DNA of 37,211 bases from Spirochaetales bacterium (GCA_037142615.1 JBAXAI010000037.1:1-37211); one strand, 5' to 3'. Shown: positions 15,381 through 25,170, counted from the stretch's first letter. Program-made: numbers and translations. The notes: generated by a model not told the origin, from the sequence alone.

Positions 15381-17612
15381 ATGCAGAAACGCCGTTTGGT
15401 CACCTCCGCCCTTCCCTACGTGAACAACATCCCGCACCTGGGTAATCTGATCCAAGTGCTTTCGGCGGATGTATTTAGCCGCTATAGCCGACAGGCTGGC
15501 TTCGAGACGCTTTACATCTGCGGCACCGACGAATACGGCACGGCCACCGAGACAAAGGCCCTCGAAGAAGGCGTTTCACCCAAGGAACTTTGCGACCGTT
15601 TCCACATCATCCACCGCGATATTTACCAGTGGTTTGGCATCGCCTTTGACAAGTTCGGACGCACCAGCGACCGCGAGCAGACCGAGATCACCCAGCAGAT
15701 GTTCCTCGACCTCGACGCCCACGGCTTCATCCTCGAGCAGACCATCGAACAAATGTACTTGCCCAGCAAGAGCATGTTCCTGGCTGACCGCTACGTGCGC
15801 GGAGTATGCCCGTCGTGCGGCTACAAAGAGGCCCGCGGCGACCAGTGCGAACACTGCGGCAAGCTGCTCGACCCCACCGAACTCCTCGAGCCCTGGACTC
15901 CCCTCGCCCCGGGAGAAAAACTGGTGCTTAGGCCCACCAAGCACTTGTACATCGACCTGCCGAAGCTCAAGGACAAGCTGGAGGCGTGGATTGCCGAGGC
16001 GAGCGAGCGCGGCAGTTGGGCCCGCAACGCCGTCAAAATGACCGAGGCCTGGATCCGCGACGGGCTCAAACCGCGCGCCATCACCCGCGACCTCAAGTGG
16101 GGCATCCCCGTGCCCAAGCCCGGCTGGGAGAACAAGGTGTTCTACGTGTGGTTCGACGCGCCCATCGGCTACATCAGCATGACGGCGTCGCTGCGTCCGG
16201 GCGACTGGAAAACCTGGTGGCAGAATCCACAAAACGTTGAGCTGTATCAGTTTATCGGCAAGGACAACATCCCGTTCCACACGGTGGTGTTCCCCAGTAG
16301 CCTGCTGGGCTCGGGCCGCGACTGGACGATGCTGCACACCATGAGCTCCAGCGAATACCTCAACTACGAGTCGGGCAAGTTCAGCAAGAGCGCCGGCACC
16401 GGCGTGTTTGGCAACGACGTGCAGACCACGGGCATCGCGGCCGACATCTGGCGCTTCTACCTGTGTTACAACCGCCCCGAGAAGAACGACACCTTGTTCG
16501 CGTGGAAAGAGTTCCAGGAGCGCGTCAACAGCGACCTCATCGGCAACCTGGCCAACCTGGTGAACCGCACGCTGACCTTCTACACCAAGAACTTTGGCGC
16601 CGAGGTGCCTGCGCCGACCGAGCACGCGGAGCTTTGGAAAGCCGTCCGCGAGGGCGAAGCCCGCATCCGGGCCCATTTCGAGAAAGCCGAACTGCGCGAC
16701 GCCCTCAAAGAGACCCTCGATCTGGCTGACCTGGGCAATAAGCTGTTCCAGGACAGCGAGCCTTGGAAGCTGGTCAAGACCGATCCCGCCGCCGCCAAGA
16801 CTCTGCTGGGCAACCTGGTGCACCTGGTGCGCGACCTGGGCCTGCTCATTGAGCCCTACCTGCCGGCCACGGGTGCCAAAGTCCGGAAGTTCCTCGGCAT
16901 GGCCAGCGACAGTTGGACCCAACTGGGCCAGCTCGCGGGCGGCCTGAACGTGGGTCCCACCGAGATCCTGTTCAAGAAACTCGAGGACGACGAGATCGCG
17001 AAGTGGCAGGCGCAGTTTGCCGGCTCGCAAAAAGAGAGAAGAGACGCCATGGAAAACAAGCCCACTACGGAGAAGGCCCCCGTCCCCGCCCCGCCAGTGC
17101 CGCCGGAAGTGTCATTTCGCGAAAAGCTCGACCTCCGCGTGGCCAAAATCCTCGAGGTGAAGCAGCACCCGGGGGCAGACAAGCTCTACATCGAGGTGCT
17201 CGAGACCGCGCCCGGCGTCACCACGCAGATTGTCAGCGGCCTGGCGCCCTACTACAAGCCCGAAGAACTGGCCGGTCGGCACATCTTGCTGGCGGCCAAC
17301 CTCAAGCCCGCCAAACTGCGCGGCGAGATGAGCAACGGAATGCTCCTGGCCGCGAGCAAGCCGATCGAGGACGGCAAGGAGATCGTCGAAGTGATTTTCG
17401 CAGACCACGTTGCCGTCGGTACACCGCTGGACCTCGAAGGCGACGCACCCCGCGCGATCGGCGCCGAGCTCAAGCCGCAGATCACCATCGACACTTTCTT
17501 TGCCACACCGCTTCGCGTGGAAGACGGAATTTTGGTGACGGGTGCCACGGCCATCAAGGCCGGCGGCGCGCTGCTTGAAACGCTCAAAGTGCTCAACGGA
17601 GAAGTCGGCTGA
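15381..17612 (+). CDS. metG: Methionine--tRNA ligase with C-terminal tRNA-binding domain
   Basis: TSALPYVN, HLGN (HIGH), CPSC/CEHC zinc knuckle, YVWFDAPIGY, KFSKS (KMSKS), and a Trbp111-like DLRVAKI..ADKL..NLKPAKLRGEMSNGMLLAA domain. Confidence 0.97.
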   Translation: MQKRRLVTSALPYVNNIPHLGNLIQVLSADVFSRYSRQAGFETLYICGTDEYGTATETKALEEGVSPKELCDRFHIIHRDIYQWFGIAFDKFGRTSDREQTEITQQMFLDLDAHGFILEQTIEQMYLPSKSMFLADRYVRGVCPSCGYKEARGDQCEHCGKLLDPTELLEPWTPLAPGEKLVLRPTKHLYIDLPKLKDKLEAWIAEASERGSWARNAVKMTEAWIRDGLKPRAITRDLKWGIPVPKPGWENKVFYVWFDAPIGYISMTASLRPGDWKTWWQNPQNVELYQFIGKDNIPFHTVVFPSSLLGSGRDWTMLHTMSSSEYLNYESGKFSKSAGTGVFGNDVQTTGIAADIWRFYLCYNRPEKNDTLFAWKEFQERVNSDLIGNLANLVNRTLTFYTKNFGAEVPAPTEHAELWKAVREGEARIRAHFEKAELRDALKETLDLADLGNKLFQDSEPWKLVKTDPAAAKTLLGNLVHLVRDLGLLIEPYLPATGAKVRKFLGMASDSWTQLGQLAGGLNVGPTEILFKKLEDDEIAKWQAQFAGSQKERRDAMENKPTTEKAPVPAPPVPPEVSFREKLDLRVAKILEVKQHPGADKLYIEVLETAPGVTTQIVSGLAPYYKPEELAGRHILLAANLKPAKLRGEMSNGMLLAASKPIEDGKEIVEVIFADHVAVGTPLDLEGDAPRAIGAELKPQITIDTFFATPLRVEDGILVTGATAIKAGGALLETLKVLNGEVG

Positions 17613-17724
17613 AAAGTACTCCCAGACCTACTGCGGGGCCCCTCGGCTTCGCGGACGCCTCCCTCAAGTCCTCACCTACCATCGTACGCTCCGGTCTGGT
17701 AGCACTTTTGAGCAGGTTGTCCCG

Positions 17725-18723
17725 TTGAGGTCGCTCGAAGTCGAACCCTGTGAACCGGCCACGCTCGACACGGCCGCGAGCTTTTTGCAGACCTCGTGGT
17801 GGGCGGCCTTCAAGGGCCAACACGGCTGGAAGAGCCTGGCCTTTCGGGTGCAGCTGGTAGACGGAGGTTTGACGCGCGAGTTTCCACTTTCGGTCCTGCT
17901 CCGGAGGCTGCCGCTGGGGCTGACCCTGGCGTACGCACCCCATGCCGCCGTGACGGCCCCCGAGGCGGTGGCCCTGGGCTCGGCTCTCAAGCGCCACCTT
18001 CCCCGCTCCACGCTCTGCGTCAGGTGGGACCTTCTGGGCGAGGTTGCCACCGAAGGGGCACCGACCAACCTGAAAGGCCTGCAGAAGCCGCCGGCTGACG
18101 TGCAGCCGCCCGACACCGTGATCGTGCCCCTGCTTCCCGACGACGCCCTGCTGGCCGGCATGCACAAGAAGACCCGCTACAACATCGGTTTGGCCGAAAA
18201 GAAGGGCGTGACCGTCGAGAAGGCCGGAGTCGAGGGCCTTGCCGACTGGTACGCGCTCTACCGCGAGACAGCCGAACGCGACCGCATCAGCATCCACACC
18301 GAGGCCTACTATCGCGACCTGTTTTCGCAGGCTCCCGACCTCGCCCTTTGGTTGGCCCGCTTCGAGGGCAAGCTTCTGGCGGGAAACATTGTTCTGGTCC
18401 ACGGGTTCACCGCAACTTACCTGTACGGGGCCAGCAGCAACGAGCACCGCAACCTGATGGCCCCCTACGCCCTGCAGGCCGCAGCCATGCGCGATGCCCG
18501 GGAACGCGGGGCCACGGAGTACGACCTGTTTGGCATTCCCCCTACCGATGACGAAAACCACCCCATGCACGGACTCTACCGCTTCAAGACCGGGTTTGGG
18601 GGTCGGGTGGTCCATCGACTCGGAGCGTGGGACTCGGTGCACAGGCCCCTGGAATGGCTCCTGTGGACCCGGGCCGACGCCGCGCGGGTTTGGTACCACA
18701 AGGTGTGGCGCAAACGGGTTTGA
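17725..18723 (+). CDS. FemAB/FemX-family peptidoglycan bridge aminoacyltransferase (start uncertain)
   Basis: SFLQTSWWAAFK..GW, VQPPDTVI, KKTRYNIGLAEKKGV, YLYGASSNEHRNLMAPY, YDLFGI, GLYRFKTGFGG. Confidence 0.9.
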   Translation: MRSLEVEPCEPATLDTAASFLQTSWWAAFKGQHGWKSLAFRVQLVDGGLTREFPLSVLLRRLPLGLTLAYAPHAAVTAPEAVALGSALKRHLPRSTLCVRWDLLGEVATEGAPTNLKGLQKPPADVQPPDTVIVPLLPDDALLAGMHKKTRYNIGLAEKKGVTVEKAGVEGLADWYALYRETAERDRISIHTEAYYRDLFSQAPDLALWLARFEGKLLAGNIVLVHGFTATYLYGASSNEHRNLMAPYALQAAAMRDARERGATEYDLFGIPPTDDENHPMHGLYRFKTGFGGRVVHRLGAWDSVHRPLEWLLWTRADAARVWYHKVWRKRV

Positions 18724-18765
18724 CATTCCTGATTATTGGAGTCAGGATACTAGGAAGGAGTTCTC

Positions 18766-19191
18766 ATGTTGCACTTTGAAGTTTCGCTTGGACCGCTGTT
18801 TGTTGTCGCTGTGGCCAACTTTATCCTGAGTTGGCTGTATTACTCGCCGGTTGCTCCGTGGTTCGCCACCTGGCAGAAGGCTGTGGGCGTGGATCCCGCC
18901 AAGAAAGAAATGACCGCAGAAGAGAAGGCCATGATGCCTTTCCAGTTCGGCGGGGCGTTCGTGGCCACGTTCGTGCTGGCCTACGGGCTCCAGGTCGTCG
19001 TTCATTCCATGGGTGTAGCCGACGCTCTGGGTGGCGCCTTGGTTGGCTTGGTCGTCTGGTGCACTTTTGCGCTGACGCACAGCCTGAACACGCTGTTTGA
19101 GGGCCGCAAACCCGTCGTGCTCGTGATCAACAACGGGCTGTACCTGGTCACCTACGTCGGTTTTGGCATCCTCGTGGCCCTCTGGAAGTAA
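18766..19191 (+). CDS. DUF1761-like four-TM membrane protein
   Basis: AAGGAG RBS. VAVANFILSWLYYSP..FATWQKAVG..LFEGRK..INNG. Confidence 0.8.
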   Translation: MLHFEVSLGPLFVVAVANFILSWLYYSPVAPWFATWQKAVGVDPAKKEMTAEEKAMMPFQFGGAFVATFVLAYGLQVVVHSMGVADALGGALVGLVVWCTFALTHSLNTLFEGRKPVVLVINNGLYLVTYVGFGILVALWK

Positions 19192-19199
19192 ACCCGCCG

Positions 19200-20222
19200 T
19201 CAGTTGCTGTCGATGCTGTCTTTGATTTGGAGAACCTCGCTCTTGATCCCGCTGAACGAGGTGACGAGCTGGGGGTCGAACCAACTGCCGCTCATGTCGA
19301 GAACCTGCGTCCAGGCCTCGTCGAAGGGCAGAGCTTCCTTGTAACTGCGGCGGCTTGAGAGCGCGTCAAAGACATCAGTCAGGGCGACGATACGGGCCTC
19401 AAGGGGAATCGCCTCACCTTGCACGCCCATGAGGTAGCCTTTCGAATCCCACCGCTCATGGTGGTAAAGCGCGATGTTCGAGGCCATTTCGTCGATGCCC
19501 TCGGTGCTGAGAATCTGAAAGCCGTAACGCACGTGCTGCTTTTGAATCTCACGCTCGGCGTCGGTGAACTTATCGGGGCTGTGCAGTAACTGACAGGCCA
19601 CGCCGACCTTGCCGATGTCATGCAGACCGGAATACAAGCGGATTCGCTCCACCCAGATGGAATCCTTTCCCAAACTCTCGGCGAGGGCTGCGCTGTAGGC
19701 GCTCACCCGTTCAATATGGCTCATCGTGTCTTCGTCGGAGTTCTGGTTAGCCGTTTCGAGGGCGAAGATCATGCTCTTGGTGAGGCGCGCGATCCGCCCT
19801 TTCTGCTCGCGGATGGTCTGGCCCTGACGTCGGTTCCGATAAGCCTGCCGAATAGTAAACACCAGCTCGTCGATCTTCCAAGGCTTGTTCATGTAGCGGT
19901 ACAGTCCCGCCACGTTGACGGCCTTCTGAACGGCCTCAAGGTCGGAATAGCCGGTGAGTAAAACCAGATGCGTTTCCGGACTGAGTTCACGCACGGCCGT
20001 CAGGAGCTCATGACCCTTCATGCCGGGCATGTTTTCGTCCGAGATGATCATCACGAGATCGCTGCCTTCGAGCACCAAAGTGCGGACCACTTCGAGGGCT
20101 TCGTCTCCGCTCGAGGCGGTTTCTATCTGGAACTCACCGCCGACTTCGCGCCTGAGTTCGACCCTCAGACTCTCGAGCAAGATGCGTTCGTCGTCGACGC
20201 ACAGCAAAAACGGTTTTGACAT
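19200..20222 (-). CDS. Response regulator with HD-GYP phosphodiesterase domain
   Basis: REC (LCVDDE, ISDENMPGMKG, LLTGY, MNKPW) plus HIERV, LHDIGK, HHERWDSKGYL, IPLEARIVALTDVFDAL..RSYK, FDP. Confidence 0.93.
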   Translation of the reverse strand: MSKPFLLCVDDERILLESLRVELRREVGGEFQIETASSGDEALEVVRTLVLEGSDLVMIISDENMPGMKGHELLTAVRELSPETHLVLLTGYSDLEAVQKAVNVAGLYRYMNKPWKIDELVFTIRQAYRNRRQGQTIREQKGRIARLTKSMIFALETANQNSDEDTMSHIERVSAYSAALAESLGKDSIWVERIRLYSGLHDIGKVGVACQLLHSPDKFTDAEREIQKQHVRYGFQILSTEGIDEMASNIALYHHERWDSKGYLMGVQGEAIPLEARIVALTDVFDALSSRRSYKEALPFDEAWTQVLDMSGSWFDPQLVTSFSGIKSEVLQIKDSIDSN

Positions 20223-20232
20223 TAGGTTTAGT

Positions 20233-21042
20233 TTACGCGGGAGAAGCCGGAGTTTCAAGGAAGCCGCCGGTAATCCTTTGGGTATTTTTCCACAACTGGA
20301 GGGAGGCTTCTTCGGGACCGCACCCCCACAACCGGGCGACCACGTTCAGAACGTGCAACAAGTGCGCACTTTCATTGGCACGGTCGGGATTCTCACGCCA
20401 AAGGGCCTCGGGCAACAGGTCGGGCGAATCGGTTTCGAGCAGCACGCGGTCACGGGGCAGCGCTGCAAAAACCTGGGGCAGTCGCTGGTTGCGGGTACGG
20501 GTCAGCGCTCCGGAAAACGAAAACCATGCGCCCAGCTCGAGCAGTTGCTGGGCCACGGGCCAACTGGCCGAAAACGAGTGCATCACCACGGGCACCTCCG
20601 GATGCGAACGGCGGGCGAGGTACCAGTTGAGGCGGTCCCAGGTGCGACGGCAGTGTACGGTGGCCACCCGGCCCAGCTTTCCAGCCAGGGCCAATTGCGG
20701 GGCAAAAGCCGCCTCCTGGAGCTCCAACGGAGGGCCAGCGCTCCGGTCCAGGCCGATCTCGCCCACCCAGGCGTGCGGCCACGCCAGCAACCTGGCTTCC
20801 AAGGGTGCCAGCCAGTCCGAAGTGGTCTGTCCCTCGGGCAGGTACCAAGGATGCACCCCGAAAGCAGGAATCACCCCGGCTTCGGTCCGTGCGAGGGCCT
20901 CGACGTCGTCCCAGTCGCCGGGTTCGGTGGCGCAGACCACAAAGCCCTCGACGCCGGCGGCCCGTGCCCGCGCGAAAACCGCCTCGCGGTCGCTTTCAAA
21001 CACCGAGGCCTGAAGGTGGCAGTGCGCGTCGAACAACCTCAT
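20233..21042 (-). CDS. tatD: TatD-family hydrolase
   Basis: FDAHCHL, FGVHPW, VGEIGLD, VHCR, MHSFS, LLETDSPD. Confidence 0.92.
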   Translation of the reverse strand: MRLFDAHCHLQASVFESDREAVFARARAAGVEGFVVCATEPGDWDDVEALARTEAGVIPAFGVHPWYLPEGQTTSDWLAPLEARLLAWPHAWVGEIGLDRSAGPPLELQEAAFAPQLALAGKLGRVATVHCRRTWDRLNWYLARRSHPEVPVVMHSFSASWPVAQQLLELGAWFSFSGALTRTRNQRLPQVFAALPRDRVLLETDSPDLLPEALWRENPDRANESAHLLHVLNVVARLWGCGPEEASLQLWKNTQRITGGFLETPASPA

Positions 21043-21064
21043 GCGGCCATGATAGACTAACCTC
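21043..21064. promoter_or_regulatory. Bidirectional overlapping -10 elements between two putative leaderless genes
   Basis: TAGACT (+, 21053-21058) is 6 nt before ATG 21065; TATCAT (-, 21054-21049) is 6 nt before ATG 21042. Confidence 0.6.
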
Positions 21065-21952
21065 ATGACTCCCGAAACCCCTTTGGCCCCCGGGCTTTAC
21101 CGCATGACTTCGAATCTGGAAGACGACCACTACGAGGGGCTTTGGCCGATTCCCCACGGGCTGGCGTTGCACTGCTACTTGGTTCGTGGGCCCAAAACGG
21201 TGGTGATCGACCCCTATCACGAGGGCGACTACGGAGCCGACGAGGTGGCAGAAGACCTCGAGGTTCTCGCTCTGGGCTGGAAGGACATCGACGCGGTGGC
21301 GTTCACGGGGGCCGACCCGGGGCTGAAGTGGCCTGTGCCGGTGGCCGACGACGCTTTCTTGGCCGCAGCCGGACTCAACCGCCTGCCCGGCATGCTGCTG
21401 CACATCCCCACCCAGACGCTGTTTTCGGGCAAGCACTGGGCCGGTTTCGGAGAGGTCGAGGCCACCGTCTTGTCGACCGAAGCGACGGGCCCGGAAGCGC
21501 GGTTCTTCGAGGACGAGGCCTTGCGCTGGTGGATCACCCACCCCCACGAGGCCGTGGCTCCGGTCGGCGTGCGGCTGATTGCGCCCGCTCACGGACTGCT
21601 GTGGCCGAATCCCGCCGCCGTGCTCGAACGCGCCGAAGCGTGGCAACGCTGGAGCGGGCCGGCCGAGGACGAACTGGTGGTGGTCTGGAACGAGGCTCCC
21701 GCCCAAGACTCTTTGGTGTTCGATCTCGTGGCGCTGTTGCAAAGGCCGTCGGTAGATCTGAGCATCTTCCGCGTGCCTGGTGACCACGAGTCATTTGTGC
21801 GGACCGCCCTGCGCCGGGCTTCGGGCGTGGTTCTCGGTCCCGGCGTCGACCGGGGTCTGCTCGCGGGCCTTTCCAAGCACGTGTGGCTCGCCGCCGAAGG
21901 CGAACCGCTGGAGCCCGGCGCTTCGCGCCTGCTGGCGAGCCTGGGCGCATGA
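21065..21952 (+). CDS. Degenerate flavodiiron (FprA-like) metallo-beta-lactamase-fold protein
   Basis: YEGLWPIPHG..YLVRGPKTVVID, TLFSG, LIAPAHGLLW resemble FprA; there is no H-x-E-x-D-H motif. Confidence 0.6.
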   Translation: MTPETPLAPGLYRMTSNLEDDHYEGLWPIPHGLALHCYLVRGPKTVVIDPYHEGDYGADEVAEDLEVLALGWKDIDAVAFTGADPGLKWPVPVADDAFLAAAGLNRLPGMLLHIPTQTLFSGKHWAGFGEVEATVLSTEATGPEARFFEDEALRWWITHPHEAVAPVGVRLIAPAHGLLWPNPAAVLERAEAWQRWSGPAEDELVVVWNEAPAQDSLVFDLVALLQRPSVDLSIFRVPGDHESFVRTALRRASGVVLGPGVDRGLLAGLSKHVWLAAEGEPLEPGASRLLASLGA

Positions 21953-22935
21953 CCGACCTGCTACTTCTGTTTGTGCTGGTGCTGCTCACGGCGGTTCTGG
22001 CGGCCTGCGCATTTGTCCTTTACCGGCTGGGCCTGCTCGACAGCACGATGCGGGCCGACCTCGAAACGATGCGGCGAACCGTCGATGAGCGCCTGCAAAA
22101 GTCGCTGGAAGCTCGGCTGGGCGAAAGCTTCAGTCAGGTGGCAAGGCAACTGGAACAGGTGCAACTGGGGCTGGGCGAAATGCGCAGCCTGGCGGTCGGG
22201 GTTGGTGACCTCAAAAAGGTGCTCGCCAACGTCAAGACCCGTGGCATCCTGGGCGAAGTTCAGCTGCGGGCGCTCCTGGAGGACCTGATGACACCGGGCC
22301 AGTACGCTGCCAATGTCATGTTGCGCCCGGGGAGCCGCGACGTGGTGGAGTTCGCCGTGCGGCTTCCGGGGCTCGACGAAACGGCCATGTGGCTGCCCAT
22401 CGACGCCAAGTTTCCCCGTGAGGACTACGAGCGACTCCAAGCGGCCGCTGAGGCTGGGGATCCTGTGGCTGCCGCCGAGGCCCGAAAAGCGCTCGAGAAC
22501 CGACTCAGGGCCTTTGCCAAAGATATCAGCGAAAAGTACCTCGAGCCCCCCTTCACCACCGACTTCGCCATTCTGTTCCTGCCCTTCGAGGGCCTGTTTG
22601 CCGAAGTGCTGCGCATTCCCGGGCTGTTTGAACGGCTGCAGCGCGAGTACCGTGTCACCCTCACCGGCCCCACCACGCTGTCGGCCTTTTTGTCGAGCTT
22701 GCAGCTGGGCTTTCGTACTTTGGGCATCCAGAAGCGCTCGGGTGAAGTGTGGAACCTGCTGGCCAGCGTCAAACACGACTTCGGTCAGTTTGGCGAACTG
22801 CTCGACAAAACCCGCAAAAAGCTGCAGGAAGCGACCAGCAGCCTCGACGATGCCGGCACCCGCAGCCGGAAAATCGAGCGTTCCCTCAAAAAGGTGGAGG
22901 AAAATTCCCCAGAATTGAGTACATTGGAGCCATGA
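21949..22935 (+). CDS. rmuC: DNA recombination protein RmuC
   Basis: N-terminal TM, LKKVLANVKTRGILGEVQL, VEFAVRLPG, WLPIDAKFPREDY, TTDFAILFLPFEGLFAE, GPTTL. Confidence 0.95.
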   Translation: MTDLLLLFVLVLLTAVLAACAFVLYRLGLLDSTMRADLETMRRTVDERLQKSLEARLGESFSQVARQLEQVQLGLGEMRSLAVGVGDLKKVLANVKTRGILGEVQLRALLEDLMTPGQYAANVMLRPGSRDVVEFAVRLPGLDETAMWLPIDAKFPREDYERLQAAAEAGDPVAAAEARKALENRLRAFAKDISEKYLEPPFTTDFAILFLPFEGLFAEVLRIPGLFERLQREYRVTLTGPTTLSAFLSSLQLGFRTLGIQKRSGEVWNLLASVKHDFGQFGELLDKTRKKLQEATSSLDDAGTRSRKIERSLKKVEENSPELSTLEP

Positions 22936-23600
22936 AGAAGTTCACTGTGTTTCTGGTGATGCTCCTCGCCTTGGGAGCCGCCGATCTTTCTGCCAAGGGG
23001 TTCTCCAGCGGCCGTTCGTTCGGCTCGTCGAGTTTCAAGAGCATTCAGTCGCTCAAGACCACACCCTCCACCTCGGGTTCGACCAGCCTGAGCACCACCC
23101 GTTCGACCACGGCCTTGGTGCCCTCGTACTCGCCGCCGATGTTCTTCTTTTTTCCGATGGGAGGCTTTGGCTCGGGTGCGGCCATTGGGAGCGGCGGCTG
23201 GCTGCTCGTTCTCATCGTGGGCGGGGTCATTTTGTTCTTTCTGTTCCGGCCACGCCGCACGGTCATGGCTGAGGGCCGCGACGATGACGAAGAGCTCGAG
23301 CTGTTCTACCAGCGCTGCGAAAAGAACCTGAACCATCTGACCAACGTGTACGTCGACGCCCAAGGCTGGCTGGAACGGCTGGATGGCAAGATCCCCCATG
23401 CCCAGTTCAAGGACTGGAACGACCGCTACACCCGCATCAGCATCGAGGACTTCACCAAGCAGTTGGCCGAGATCCGGACCCACCTGGACAAGGGCGAACA
23501 CGTCACGGCCCGTGCCATGCTGTTTTCGTTCGACGAAGACGCTGTCGAGGTGTTCAACTTCCTCCAGGAAGTCGAGAACGCGGTCGAGGATATCGCCTAG
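22932..23600 (+). CDS. Hypothetical membrane protein (signal peptide, Ser/Gly-rich region, TM, acidic helical C-terminus)
   Basis: MKKFTVFLVMLLALGAADLSA signal, SSGRSFGSSS, GWLLVLIVGGVILFFLF TM. ATG overlaps the rmuC stop. Confidence 0.75.
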   Translation: MKKFTVFLVMLLALGAADLSAKGFSSGRSFGSSSFKSIQSLKTTPSTSGSTSLSTTRSTTALVPSYSPPMFFFFPMGGFGSGAAIGSGGWLLVLIVGGVILFFLFRPRRTVMAEGRDDDEELELFYQRCEKNLNHLTNVYVDAQGWLERLDGKIPHAQFKDWNDRYTRISIEDFTKQLAEIRTHLDKGEHVTARAMLFSFDEDAVEVFNFLQEVENAVEDIA

Positions 23601-25170
23601 CCAGAAGCTCCTCGAGCTTCGCCAACCCCTGCTCAAGCCTGGCACTGGGATGCTGTGCCAGGTGTTCTCTGAGCGAAGCCAGACTTCGGTGCATTTCTGG
23701 CTCGTACTTGGCGAACGCCGTTTTGCGAAGAACGAGCAGGAGCCGGTGCTCGAGACCGGTGCGGTCGGCGCTCGACAATTCTTTGGACAACAGGACATAC
23801 AGGGTATCGGCCTCTTCGGCCGGACTGATGAACTGAGCTGCGGCCAAGGCCTGGGTACCCTGCGCCAGTTCGCCGGCGGAGAGTCCGGTGGTGTCGACCG
23901 CACCGATCTGGTACAGCCACCGGGTTTCCAAACTCTGGGCGCCCCAGGTCAAGGTTGTCCCCGTTCCTCCAAAGCCCTGACGAAGCCGCCCCGGGTGAAA
24001 GCGCCCCTTGAGCAGCGTTCCCAAGCGCCGCTCGGCCAAAAAGCGGTCGACGCGGGCCCTGTCGCCGGAAACCGGACTGGTGGCCGTGTCGACAACCAGC
24101 ACGAACTCCAGATTGTTGTTTTGGCGCTTCGGGCTCTGCCGCCCGCCCCGGTAGGTCACGTAGTCGTGTACCCGGATGGTCACACGGCCCCGGCTTTCGA
24201 GCAACTGGTGCAACACCTCGAAAGGAATGACGCCCTCGGTGTTGTAGCTGACCACCAGGGTGCGGGCGTCGATGGCGTCGAGCAGGGCCTCGAGTGCGCC
24301 GGGAGCCGTGGCCTTGGAGCAGAAAAGGCTTCGGGTGGCGAGCCAGTCCGCGCGGATGCCCGACTTTCTGGTGGCCTCGGGGCGGTCACCGCGCACCACC
24401 GTATTCAGCAGGTGGTAGTTGGACCCGTACTGGTGCTGGTTGTACGGCGGGTCCAGGTAGCACACCTCAGCGCTCCGACCCCGGACGAACTCCAGCGCAT
24501 CGATGCAGCCCACCTCGGCGTGCTCAGGACTATCCCAAAGCGCGGGGTACTCTAGTTCCATGGGGGCGAGGATGCGGCCGAGCGCGTCGCCGCTATGACC
24601 TCCAAACCCTTTGTGAAAGGCCTTGAACACGCCGCTGGTGTTCGAGTGGACCGAAGCCTCGTAGGCCAGCAGGGCCAGCAGCAGGATCTTGGCCTGACTC
24701 CCCTCGGGCCACCGGTCTTCGATGGCCTCGCGGACCGCGTCGAGGAACAGCGCGTTCTCGCGGGTGTAGAACAGGCGCTCGCGTGCAAGGTCGGGCCTCC
24801 GGGTGTCGCGGGGGGCGTAGTGGCGGGCGATGAACTCCTCGCGGGGCACCTTGAGGGAATTGAGCTCGGCAAGAACGGCGGCAAGCCCCCCGTCGCGGAC
24901 GAACAGGGCCTCGGCGCCAGCGGGAGTCAGGGAGAGGTAGGCCCGGTTGGCCACCCAGGCGTAGGTTTCCCAATCGTTGGCATGAACTTCGTAGCCCAGG
25001 CTTCGGGCCAGGCGAGCCACCGAACCGCTGCCGGCAAACGGGTCCAAAAAGACCGGAGCCCGAGCGCCGTTGCGGACCGCGATCGGCCCGAGCAGCTCGC
25101 TCAGAAAAGGCAGGAGGGCCCGTTTATTCCCCAAGTAGGCAATGAGCTGGCGTTTGAGGTACTCGGGCAT
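23554..25170 (-). CDS. N6-adenine DNA methyltransferase (D12 class), apparently orphan
   Basis: IAYLGNKRALL, motif I FLDPFAGSGSV, motif IV YLDPPYNQHQYGSNYH, VSYN. Confidence 0.9.
   Translation of the reverse strand: MPEYLKRQLIAYLGNKRALLPFLSELLGPIAVRNGARAPVFLDPFAGSGSVARLARSLGYEVHANDWETYAWVANRAYLSLTPAGAEALFVRDGGLAAVLAELNSLKVPREEFIARHYAPRDTRRPDLARERLFYTRENALFLDAVREAIEDRWPEGSQAKILLLALLAYEASVHSNTSGVFKAFHKGFGGHSGDALGRILAPMELEYPALWDSPEHAEVGCIDALEFVRGRSAEVCYLDPPYNQHQYGSNYHLLNTVVRGDRPEATRKSGIRADWLATRSLFCSKATAPGALEALLDAIDARTLVVSYNTEGVIPFEVLHQLLESRGRVTIRVHDYVTYRGGRQSPKRQNNNLEFVLVVDTATSPVSGDRARVDRFLAERRLGTLLKGRFHPGRLRQGFGGTGTTLTWGAQSLETRWLYQIGAVDTTGLSAGELAQGTQALAAAQFISPAEEADTLYVLLSKELSSADRTGLEHRLLLVLRKTAFAKYEPEMHRSLASLREHLAQHPSARLEQGLAKLEELLARRYPRPRSRLPGGS

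Noticed and set aside
21949-25170. RmuC plus MTase as a restriction-modification system
   Set aside because: RmuC is a widespread stand-alone protein, and the genes are convergent and separated by an unrelated membrane-protein gene.
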